DNA from: Candidatus Foliamicus sp.
Lineage (GTDB): Bacteria > Pseudomonadota > Gammaproteobacteria > Steroidobacterales > Foliamicaceae
DNA length: 64,000 nucleotides
Assembly (NCBI GenBank): GCA_965238055.1
Contig: OZ250178.1
Coordinates: 2,009,184 to 2,073,183 of the forward strand
Direction of reading: 5' to 3'
Shown: positions 32,943 through 41,338 of the stretch, piece by piece
Position numbering within the stretch: position 1 is the stretch's first letter
Layout: every line of letters starts with the position of its first letter
Notes under the pieces: model-generated
Told to the model about the DNA's origin: nothing
What the model saw: only the letters and a program-made list of their open reading frames with translations
Databases searched by the model: none
Translations under genes and position numbers: made by a program

Positions 32943-34280
32943 CTAAGCATTGGGTCGCAATTCGGTCTCAATATCAATCTGGTTTTCGGCGCCAGCCTTT
33001 GGAGGACTAATGTCCTCCCGCAAATAATCCGCGAACGACGGGATCGGCACCGCGTAGCCTTTGTCGCTGACTGGACTCAGCACGCCCGCGTGCACGGCTG
33101 CGGCGAGAAAATTGTCAAAGGACGATTGCCGGCGCTGCACAAAGGGCGCAACAATCCTTTCGATATCCTCCTCAGGCAACCAAGCATACGCCTCAAGCTG
33201 GCGCGCAACCTCCCTGCAGGCGGGCTGCCACCGTTGGGTAGTTACAAGACGCGCTGCATAGAACTCGCGCATGCCGAATAGGCCGTGTTCCATCACCCGA
33301 TTAATGGATGCGCACGCCAAGTCAAGATCGTGATCCATCAGTTCTTTCAACGCGGCTTGTGACAAGATTCGCAAGTGCTGTGGCCATCCGCGCGACGTAT
33401 CGGCCAACTTTGTAATCCAGCGATTCCACTCTGCAGTAGAACCCTTTACTCCAAATGTTTCGAATGTCTTGAGGATGACCTGTTCGGCTTCACTCACAGC
33501 GTTACGCGCGTCGGAGGCCCACCCGACTTTGCTCTCGCCTCGCTTCGCCTGTTTCGCGATAGCCGCCGGCGTCGTGAGCGTGGACAAATTATGAACACGC
33601 GCGAGCGATGCTCGTGAGATACCCAAATCCACTAACTTGTCTGTTGTGTCGCTCAACCCGAAGCAAACCAGCAATACCGTGCTTGACTTGGTGCCGGCGT
33701 GCAAGTACTTGACAATGGCGCTAGAAACATCGGTTGTGGGAATGCTCTGAGCTTCGTCCACCAGGAGAACAATCGTCAGGTCCTGCCATGCTTTCTCCAA
33801 TTCCTTGAATTTTGAAACCGCGTCGAGACCCTCTTGGCGCTTTGGACCAACGCCTGCGCCGAAGCCAAGTCCTTGGACGGTGATCCCGCGATCCGCTAAT
33901 CCTCGCACAAACCGTTCAGCGCCCTTGGCTAGTTGCGGCGCCTTTTGTTTGACGGTTGCATATACCTCGTTGAACAAGCCATCCACGGAAGTCAATTGTT
34001 CGGGTTGCGCCTCCACCGAAACAATGGTCTTACCAGGGGACTGCGCTTTCTCGGCGCCGTTTTCCGTAGCCCGTGATGCGCACTCCTCAAGCAGCGCCGT
34101 TTTTCCGGCGCCGGGCGCACCTTGATATACCAGAGTCTTTCCTTTTACATCGCCTTGCTTTGCAAATTCCAAAGCATTCAGGAAGCTTCTCAATTCCCTT
34201 TCGCGCCCCGCGAAAAACGGCGTCGGCCCCGTGTGTTGACGGTCATCACCGTGGACAAATTGTTCAAGCTCGTTCATCAA
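32943..34280 (-). CDS. P-loop NTPase (AAA/ORC-like ATPase), orphan
   Basis: Walker A GAPGAGKTALLEE. Walker B IVLLVDEAQ. Long helical C-terminal half. No fused effector domain recognised. Confidence 0.7.
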   Translation of the reverse strand: MMNELEQFVHGDDRQHTGPTPFFAGRERELRSFLNALEFAKQGDVKGKTLVYQGAPGAGKTALLEECASRATENGAEKAQSPGKTIVSVEAQPEQLTSVDGLFNEVYATVKQKAPQLAKGAERFVRGLADRGITVQGLGFGAGVGPKRQEGLDAVSKFKELEKAWQDLTIVLLVDEAQSIPTTDVSSAIVKYLHAGTKSSTVLLVCFGLSDTTDKLVDLGISRASLARVHNLSTLTTPAAIAKQAKRGESKVGWASDARNAVSEAEQVILKTFETFGVKGSTAEWNRWITKLADTSRGWPQHLRILSQAALKELMDHDLDLACASINRVMEHGLFGMREFYAARLVTTQRWQPACREVARQLEAYAWLPEEDIERIVAPFVQRRQSSFDNFLAAAVHAGVLSPVSDKGYAVPIPSFADYLREDISPPKAGAENQIDIETELRPNA

Positions 34281-34330
34281 GATCGGCAGTCTATCACTTG
34301 GTCATGAGCTGCCGAAGACTGACCTGTCCT

Positions 34331-34576
34331 TCAAGTCCTGGCTTGACTGATTTCACCGTGGGCCGGCGCCGCCAGGGTTAGGGCCGCATGTTCATTGGCG
34401 AACAGCGTGACGCGCCGATGACTATGAGATCCACCCGCACGCCACGCCTCACATTTTGACCGTGCATCCTCGAGGCTTAAGAACCAGGAAGCATTCAAAC
34501 ATTCGGCCCGGAACGATTCATTTGACTGAACCACGAATCGGATGAAGGATGGGTGCTTGAGCAAGGCGGCTGTCAC
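34331..34576 (-). pseudogene. IS3/IS481-type transposase C-terminal fragment
   Basis: ...SNESFRAECLNASWFLSLEDARSKCEAWRA... matches the end of the DDE integrase core (FNG.fR.ECLN..WF.sL.eAr..ieaWR). No catalytic part is present. Confidence 0.7.
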
Positions 34577-34586
34577 TCACTTAGGC

Positions 34587-34637
34587 TTATACCTTATAAA
34601 TAAGATATAATGCATATACCTCTCAAAAGAGGTATCT
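34587..34637. promoter_or_regulatory. Two HipB-operator-like palindromes overlapping a TATAAT box
   Basis: TTATACC-N10-GATATAA (34587-34610) and ATATACC-N10-GGTATCT (34614-34637). A perfect TATAAT lies at 34606-34611, 42 nt upstream of the hipB ATG. Confidence 0.5.
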
Positions 34638-34652
34638 ATCAAAGATTTACTC

Positions 34653-34895
34653 ATGACCATTATACGCAGCGCAAACACACTAGGCGCTTCTGTCTACACT
34701 CGGCGTAAACAGAAGGGCTGGCGGCAATCTGACTTGGCTCGGCACGCATCCGTGCGTCAGCAACTGATCTCCGATTTGGAAAACGGGATCCGAACACCTC
34801 GGTTGGATACCATGGTGAAGGTGCTGGCGGCTCTCGATCTCGACCTCTCGGTCGTTCTTCGGCAAGCGCCATCTTTTGATCCTTCGGTCTATTGA
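34653..34895 (+). CDS. hipB: HipB-like XRE-family antitoxin
   Basis: 80 aa with HTH WRQSDLARHASVRQQLISDLENG. Lies directly upstream of hipA. Confidence 0.8.
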   Translation: MTIIRSANTLGASVYTRRKQKGWRQSDLARHASVRQQLISDLENGIRTPRLDTMVKVLAALDLDLSVVLRQAPSFDPSVY

Positions 34896-34896
34896 A

Positions 34897-36162
34897 ATGG
34901 GTCGCAGGAGCGCATCTCTAATGGTCTATGCCGGCGATAAGCAAGTCGGTGTTTACGCACGTAAATCCAGCGGTGCAACAACTTTCCGGTATCACGATTC
35001 CTGGCTTGGTTTAGTTCAAGCATTTCCGGTTTCCCTGTCTTTGCCGTTATCTACGCGGGAATGGACGGGCGCTGCGGTTGAGCAGGTGTTTGACGGTCTG
35101 CTTCCTGACAGTCCGGGGGCACGCGCCGCGCTTGCTGCGCATACCGGCGCCGAGAGCGCCGGAGTGTTTGACCTGCTTGCGGAAATTGGGCGTGATTGTG
35201 TGGGCGCGTTCCGCTTTCTGCCGCCGGGCGAAGAACCTGGCAGCGCCAGACTTATGCGCGCCCAAGAATTGAGCAAAACTGATGTCGCGCAACGCTTGGC
35301 CACTCTTTCGCAGCACCCGTTAGGTGTCGCCACACGATCGCCGGAGAGCGAGGATTTTCGCATCTCGCTTGCCGGCAACCAGGAAAAGACGGCACTGTTA
35401 CAGATCGACAATGACTGGCATCTACCCTTGGGGAGTACACCGACTTCACACATCTTCAAGCCGCCTATGCCGCCTCGACGGGATGGCGTGGACATGTCGG
35501 ATTCACCTTGGAACGAGTGGTTCTGCCTGAAACTATGCGAGGCATTCGGCCTGCCGAGCGCCAAGGCCCGGATTCAACACTTCGATGGCCATCCCGTCCT
35601 GGTGGTTGAACGGTTCGACCGACGTTGGCAGGGCGGGGTTCTCTACCGCCTTCCTCAGGAAGATCTCTGTCAAGCCCTTGGCGTCTCCCCTACGAGAAAA
35701 TACGAAGCCGATGGCGGCCCCGGCATTCCGCGCATTCTGAGCTTTCTTCATCAATCCGCCAGGCCGCAGGAGGACCGATTAGCTTTTCTCAAGACGCAGA
35801 TCGTCTATTGGCTCCTCTCCGCAATCGATGGTCATGCAAAGAATTTCTCGATCTTCCTGCGTCCCGATGGCTTCTCGCCGACACCTGTGTACGATGTGAT
35901 GAGCGCCGCGCCCTACCACCCAAAGCTCGCTGCGCAGAAAATCAAACTTGCCATGGCCATCGGGCGCAACCAGCACTACCGCATCAGCGAGATCATGCCC
36001 AGGCACTTCTATCAGACTGCCCGGATGGCCGGGCTTGCTACCGCCGATGTCGATACCCTGTTTAAAAGCGGCCGATTCAGCTTTACAAAGCGCAATAATG
36101 GACGCGGAGCACGCCGGCATGCCTTCTCAGACCAGGGATGCGACCGTGGACACGGTGAGTAG
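34897..36162 (+). CDS. hipA: HipA-family Ser/Thr kinase toxin (3' end apparently frameshifted)
   Basis: N-terminal coupling domain (LMVYAGDKQVGVY...). Kinase core with SLAGNQEKTAL and IDGHAKNFSI. The C-terminal continuation is found in the +1 frame to 36262. Confidence 0.85.
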   Translation: MGRRSASLMVYAGDKQVGVYARKSSGATTFRYHDSWLGLVQAFPVSLSLPLSTREWTGAAVEQVFDGLLPDSPGARAALAAHTGAESAGVFDLLAEIGRDCVGAFRFLPPGEEPGSARLMRAQELSKTDVAQRLATLSQHPLGVATRSPESEDFRISLAGNQEKTALLQIDNDWHLPLGSTPTSHIFKPPMPPRRDGVDMSDSPWNEWFCLKLCEAFGLPSAKARIQHFDGHPVLVVERFDRRWQGGVLYRLPQEDLCQALGVSPTRKYEADGGPGIPRILSFLHQSARPQEDRLAFLKTQIVYWLLSAIDGHAKNFSIFLRPDGFSPTPVYDVMSAAPYHPKLAAQKIKLAMAIGRNQHYRISEIMPRHFYQTARMAGLATADVDTLFKSGRFSFTKRNNGRGARRHAFSDQGCDRGHGE

Positions 36163-37107
36163 CCGCATCCGATTGTTGCAGTTCGCAGCACCGTCAATTG
36201 TGCAATCCACCGAGCCATTGCCGGACCACATGACGGAGCAGCCGCCGAGCTTCTTCAGTTGAAATGGTTCGGGTAGGGGAAAATTCCTTTGGTGTCTGCA
36301 TTATCCGAGTTGGATGCTGTGTATCCCGTCCCTGCAAGGGCATATTAACTTGCGCATAATTGGGAAATTAGAGGGGATAGTGACCATGCTCCCTGAATTG
36401 GAGCGCGGGTAATGCCGCAGGTGTCTTCAGTCCGAAACCTTCTTGCGCGGTATGTCAACGCAAAGTACAGATGTCCCCTTTTCTCCAATTCAGAGATGTC
36501 CCCTTTTTGCGTCGTGAGGTTTCCTTGAAGGGGATCGGCGGTTAGACGGCTTGCTGGGCCGGATCCGGGTCGCCTCGTGGGTTGGTGGTGTGTCCTTCCG
36601 ACCCTGCGCTTTGACGGACTGCGTCGCGCAGTGGTAATGCTATACGGCCACAACGGTCATACCTGGTCGCGCTGTTGAACCGTCGCGGTCGGCATCACGG
36701 CTGGGGGACCGCCGATCATTGGGTGCGAATGCCGGTTGGCTACCGCTTGACCCGATGGCGCTAGCGTCAGGCGGTGGGGCGTGACGGCAGTTTCGCGGAT
36801 GACGCCAAATAAATCGGGCCAGTTCCTTGAAGGAAGGCTGTCCCTCAATGGCATTAGCTTGGCTTCTTCGCAAGTCGCTATGCCAGGACACGAGGCGACA
36901 GCCTTCAAACGAAGTTTAGCCCGGAACACGGGCATTGTAGTGCGCAGTCTGCGTTTCTCGCACCTACACCATTCTAAGGAAATCGAAAATCCTCAATTAC
37001 GTCACACGCGGTCTCACGCGTATCTGAACTTGGACACTCCCTGTCTCATAGGTGTTTGAACTGGGACAGTGACCTGCGTCAAGTGCGGAAAGCAGTAGGC
37101 CCGGGCG

Positions 37108-37539
37108 CTATTTCGGGCGTAGCAACGTATTGGTGAAGTGACGTGGAGAAATTACGGAGGCGCCGCGGGGCGGGTTCTCAAGAAGGAGCCGGTCGCCCGT
37201 TACGAGGTGTCCCTGCGGATGGCTGGCAAACAATCCCCACAGGTGTTGGTCACCGGTGTCCGGAGCGTCGTCCGCTACGGCAGGTTCTCGCCACATAGCG
37301 CTGGCGACCAGATCCGTAAGGAGCCGGTCGAGTTCCTCGCCGGTCAGGCCATGCAATCGAACGATGGCGGAGCGGCGCAGAACGGAAGAATACTCGTTGA
37401 GCAGTTCGTCGGACATGAGGTACACGAGGCCGCCGTCGAGCATTGCGTCCAGAATGCGTGCCGGGGGGCTGTTCGAGACTGCGCCGATCAAGCCCGACAC
37501 GATGACGTTGGTGTCAACGATGCAAACCTTGGGAATCAC
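37108..37539 (-). CDS. PIN-domain toxin (VapC-like)
   Basis: 143 aa. N-terminal acidic residue in VCIVDTNVIVSGL. Later TGDQHLW and VTGD motifs. Confidence 0.75.
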   Translation of the reverse strand: MIPKVCIVDTNVIVSGLIGAVSNSPPARILDAMLDGGLVYLMSDELLNEYSSVLRRSAIVRLHGLTGEELDRLLTDLVASAMWREPAVADDAPDTGDQHLWGLFASHPQGHLVTGDRLLLENPPRGASVISPRHFTNTLLRPK

Positions 37540-37587
37540 CGGCGCCTTCCATGTTTCCGGCCCACGGTCGAGACGCAGCGAACAGCG

Positions 37588-37827
37588 CTACCGTCCTTCG
37601 CGGGAACGCCTTGTTTCCTTTACTGCTACGGCCATTGCTTGATCTGCATCCAGACGGGACTGCGCCCGCGCCTTGGCGACGATTTCCCTGGCGGTGTCCA
37701 GGGGTTGTATTCCTCTCAACTTCAGGCTTTCCTCAATGATTGAGCCCATTGAGCGATTCTGACGCGCCGCGGTTTCTTTCAGGGCGCGGTGTGTCGGGTC
37801 AGCCAAGCTGATGGTGAGGCGGGTCAT
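37588..37827 (-). CDS. Ribbon-helix-helix antitoxin (CopG/VapB-like)
   Basis: Start taken at MTRLTISLADPTHRALKETAARQNRSMGSIIEESL (a beta-strand followed by helices). Lies upstream of the PIN gene. Confidence 0.65.
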   Translation of the reverse strand: MTRLTISLADPTHRALKETAARQNRSMGSIIEESLKLRGIQPLDTAREIVAKARAQSRLDADQAMAVAVKETRRSREGR

Positions 37828-37929
37828 CGCGAATGCTCCGAATGGTGGGTTAGGCTGTTGATACGCGCACCATAGGACCAATGCACCACCTAGGCAACAT
37901 GTGGGTTGACACCAAACACAAACACACCT

Positions 37930-39087
37930 TCAGCGTATCAGTTCGCCGTCCCATAAGCGCTGCAGGAAATCCAGTATCGGCAGCACTCGCACTTCCCCCC
38001 ACAGAGAGGGGCGGTCGCAGGCGCAGACGCCGTAGCAGCTCGTTCCTGGGCGCCCCAGAGCCTCAGCCAGCCGCAGCAACCCGCGATTGAAGCGTTTCTC
38101 CCACCGTTGCGAGGCCTTGATCTCAATGGCCACGAAACCGTCCGATGTTTCCAGCAGCAGGTCCACTTCTGTGCCGTCGTAGGTGCGCCAGTAATGCACG
38201 GCATAGTCGAGCCTTGAGTAGGACAGGTAGGCGCGAACCTCGTTCAGGACGAAAGTTTCCATCAGTGCGCCCAGTTCCTCGGGCATGGGCGGATACGCCA
38301 GCCTGCCGGTCAGCGCTCGGGCGACGCCGCAATCGAAGAAGTAGAACTTGCTCCGCTGCACCTGCCGGTTGGGGGGCTTCAGCTTCCAGGCCGGCAGCCA
38401 GTAACCGAGCAGCGTGTCGTTGAGAATCTCAAAATGGCTCTCCACGGTACGCCGGTGTATGCCTGTCTCCCGGGCGATGTTCGTGGCGTTGGTCGATTGC
38501 CCGTTCTGGCGCGCCGCAATTTCCAGGAAGCGTGCGAAGGCGCCCACGTTTCGAGTGAACGCTTCCGCCTGCACCTCGTGCATAAGATAGGTTTCGGCGT
38601 AGCTACGCAGGTATTCGCCCGGGTTGTCGCCATCCACGGCCATGGGCAGCGTTCCGAACCGCAGCGTCTTGTCCAGGTTCAGGTTGAACGACAGCTCGGC
38701 GGACACCAGCGGAAACATCGCTGTGGTAACCGCCCTTCCGGCCAGCAGATTCACGCCGCCCCGGCGCAATTTGCGCGCGCTTGATCCGGAAAGCAAGAAG
38801 CGCAGTCCGCGCTGTTCAATCAGGCGATGTACTTCGTCAAGCAACTCGGGCGCCTTCTGCACCTCGTGGATCACCGCCCAACTGCCTTCCGGCCGCAGCG
38901 AGAGTTCCCGGTAGAGCGCTCCCGGGTCCTTGATCAGGCGTAGCGTCTCGCTAGTGTCAAGCAGATCGTAGTGCGCCGCGTGCGGGAACCGCTCGCGAAT
39001 CCAGGTGGACTTCCCGGTTCCGCGAGGTCCGAACAGAAGAGCCGACTGGGTGGGATGTTGAAGTAATCTGGCATACATGGGTGCCAA
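37930..39087 (-). CDS. AAA+ ATPase with DUF4143-type C-terminal domain
   Basis: Walker A LLFGPRGTGKST. The C-terminal VDLLLE....AIEIK restriction-endonuclease-like segment is typical of this family. Confidence 0.75.
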   Translation of the reverse strand: MAPMYARLLQHPTQSALLFGPRGTGKSTWIRERFPHAAHYDLLDTSETLRLIKDPGALYRELSLRPEGSWAVIHEVQKAPELLDEVHRLIEQRGLRFLLSGSSARKLRRGGVNLLAGRAVTTAMFPLVSAELSFNLNLDKTLRFGTLPMAVDGDNPGEYLRSYAETYLMHEVQAEAFTRNVGAFARFLEIAARQNGQSTNATNIARETGIHRRTVESHFEILNDTLLGYWLPAWKLKPPNRQVQRSKFYFFDCGVARALTGRLAYPPMPEELGALMETFVLNEVRAYLSYSRLDYAVHYWRTYDGTEVDLLLETSDGFVAIEIKASQRWEKRFNRGLLRLAEALGRPGTSCYGVCACDRPSLWGEVRVLPILDFLQRLWDGELIR

Positions 39088-39144
39088 TAATACGCGAATA
39101 ATGGCATATTACATCGCCAAATCGCAGATGCCGCTTTGCGTGGG

Positions 39145-39522
39145 TCAGATAATCAGTAGCGGCGCTTTTGCGTAGGCTATCGCTACGACGTAGCCGAACA
39201 GGAGCAGGGCAGCGGAGAAGAAGAACTTTTGCCGCCCCGGGCTGCCTGCATAGTGCAGCCCCAAGCCTCCGGCCACGATGTAGAGCACCACGGCCACGAG
39301 TTTGCAAATCAGCCACACCGGCAACGGCCAGTAGCCGAGCATTGAAGCCAGCCAGATTGCCGTGATGAACAGCACCGTGTCGTTAACGTGAGGGGCGACC
39401 CGCGTGACCGGGTGGCGCAGCAAGCGCGATCCGCGCCACATCCACACCCCGCGCACCACGAACCCCGCCAGGCTTGCGCCCGCAGTCACCATATGAACCA
39501 CCAATACCGATCCGTAACTCAT
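39145..39522 (-). CDS. SirB2-family small membrane protein
   Basis: Start taken at MSYGSVLVVHMV. Four hydrophobic helices. HVNDTVLFITAI resembles SirB-type proteins. Confidence 0.55.
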   Translation of the reverse strand: MSYGSVLVVHMVTAGASLAGFVVRGVWMWRGSRLLRHPVTRVAPHVNDTVLFITAIWLASMLGYWPLPVWLICKLVAVVLYIVAGGLGLHYAGSPGRQKFFFSAALLLFGYVVAIAYAKAPLLII

Positions 39523-39641
39523 CGCAGCGCGAATTGTAGGGCTTTGCGTGCTGCAATCCCGCTCGATTGACCTGCGCAGGAAAGGCGCCGGCGCTGCGGG
39601 CACTCCTACAGACGTGAGGTGAATTGTTGAAATCAACCGAT

Positions 39642-39896
39642 TTACTGTATGCTTGCTTTTACACCCTCCACGGACTTGAGTTCGATTTCCAGCGGCATGA
39701 TCAACAGCCGCGTGGCGTCTTCAGGCGAGATACCCTCATGGGGCACGGTTATCACGAAGAACGGCACTTCGATCCGCGGTTCGCTCTCCACCGGAATCGC
39801 CACACGGGCAACGATTCCGAAGATCAGAATGCCTATCATGACCAATATGGTTGACCGGTAGCGGTCAAGCGAGAGATCAATCAGTTGGTCTTTCAT
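39642..39896 (-). pseudogene. N-terminal 84-codon fragment of an RND (AcrB-family) efflux permease
   Basis: MKDQLIDLSLDRYRSTILVMIGILIFGIVARVAIPVESEPRIEVPFFVITVPHEGISPEDATRLLIMPLEIELKSVEGVK is a typical RND N-terminus (TM1 plus the start of the periplasmic loop). Full genes encode about 1000 aa. Confidence 0.8.
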
Positions 39897-40072
39897 CCGG
39901 AGCTGCGCATTGCTCTTATTCGGCGGGAAGTGGGCCCGGTGTCAGGGTTCGCCGCGACTCGGCAATGCTCCATTCTGACTTGAATTCCAATATCGTCGCA
40001 TCCCCCCGCAGACTCCCCTCTAGCGGATTTGGAGTATAACTGAATGCCCCAAAAGCATGTACTTGCTCTAAA

Positions 40073-41287
40073 TTGACGTTGATAAGCTATTCCGAGGCGC
40101 TTCGCGCCATTGCCGATTCATGTGTCCTGGGGGCGGAGGAAATTGTTGCCCCGGCGGACGCCTTGGGAAAGGCGCCCGCCAGGCCCGTTGTCGGCATCCT
40201 GGGCTCTCCTGCATTCAACAACGCCGCAATGGATGGTTTCGCCGTTTGTGCCGAAGACACAGCGGGCGCCACAAAGGCATCTCCGGTGGAGCTCCGCATT
40301 ATTGGCGAACGTAACGCGGGCGCCGTTACAAGAGCGGTCCAGCCAGGTTCGGCGTGTGCTCTGCGAGTGGCTACCGGCGCGCTCACGCCTCCTCCGCTGA
40401 ATGCGGTGATTGCCCAGGAAAAGGCTATGCTGGTTGAGCGGCAGGACTCAATGAGACTCCGCATTACGAAGCCCGTCGACAGCGGCCGAAACCTGCGCCA
40501 TGAGGGAGAGGAGTATCCTGCCGGCGCCGAGTTTGACTACACAGGTATGCGCTTGAACTCGGGGCATATCGCACTGCTTTCGTCCGCCGGGGTAAACGAT
40601 CTGTCCGTGCGCAGGCCACCGCTTCTTGGCCTGTTCACGACCGGGGACGAAGTTCGTCCACCCGGAGCGGCGCTGGCGCCCGGGGAAATCCCCAACGTCA
40701 ATGCCGCCTGGCTGAGCGCCTGGTGTGCGGAACGAGGCCTACGGGTTGCGGTATCTCGCCATGTTGCCGACGATGCAGGACGGCTCGCGCGGGAACTGGT
40801 CCACGCCAGGGAAGCAGGCGCGCAGGTGTTGATCACCAGCGGTTCGGCTTCGACCGGCCGCCGTGACGTATTGCGGGCGGCTCTTGAATCAATCAAGGCG
40901 CGCATCGTGTTTCACGGTGTGGCCATGCGCCCGGGCAAACCAGTGCTGTTTGCGTTGCTGAGCGACGGAACCCCGGTCTTTGGGCTTGCGGGAAATCCGC
41001 TGGCGACGGCTGCGGGCATGCGTTTTGTGGCGTGGCCTGGCATTCGTCGCATTCTGGGTATGGACAGCGAACAGGGCCAGGTGGTCGGGCTGGCGGATTC
41101 CGTGGACTTGCGCAAAGGCTTTACGCACTTCTTGTTGGCAAAGCGCGCTGGTGAAGACTCACTGGTTAGCCCCGTGCAACCGCAGCGTCCGGCCCAGGCC
41201 GGTGCATTGGCCGCGGCCGATTGCTGGTTGCGCCTTGAAGGCGGCCGCACCGAGGCCGGCGCCCATGTGAACAGCTATCCCCTCTAG
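40073..41287 (+). CDS. moeA: Molybdopterin molybdotransferase
   Basis: 404 aa. Motifs NAAMDGFAV, TGDE, ITSGSASTG.RD and GLAGNPLA. Non-ATG (TTG) start, so the start is uncertain. Confidence 0.85.
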   Translation: MTLISYSEALRAIADSCVLGAEEIVAPADALGKAPARPVVGILGSPAFNNAAMDGFAVCAEDTAGATKASPVELRIIGERNAGAVTRAVQPGSACALRVATGALTPPPLNAVIAQEKAMLVERQDSMRLRITKPVDSGRNLRHEGEEYPAGAEFDYTGMRLNSGHIALLSSAGVNDLSVRRPPLLGLFTTGDEVRPPGAALAPGEIPNVNAAWLSAWCAERGLRVAVSRHVADDAGRLARELVHAREAGAQVLITSGSASTGRRDVLRAALESIKARIVFHGVAMRPGKPVLFALLSDGTPVFGLAGNPLATAAGMRFVAWPGIRRILGMDSEQGQVVGLADSVDLRKGFTHFLLAKRAGEDSLVSPVQPQRPAQAGALAAADCWLRLEGGRTEAGAHVNSYPL

Positions 41288-41338
41288 CTAAACCTGGGAA
41301 CGAGGTCCGAGAGGCCCTTTCTCCGACCGCGAAAACCC

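Noticed and set aside
36345-36653. 102-aa minus-strand ORF containing KGDISELEKRGHLYFALT, which felt vaguely transposase-like.
   Set aside because: I cannot tie the motif to a specific family from memory. The peptide segment is generated by the 14-bp direct DNA repeat, and the rest of the ORF is Arg/Pro-rich noise.
39897-40072. Possible Moco riboswitch upstream of moeA.
   Set aside because: Only a short hairpin (ACTCC...GGAGT) is present. I could not find the conserved Moco-motif elements. This needs an Rfam scan to exclude it formally.
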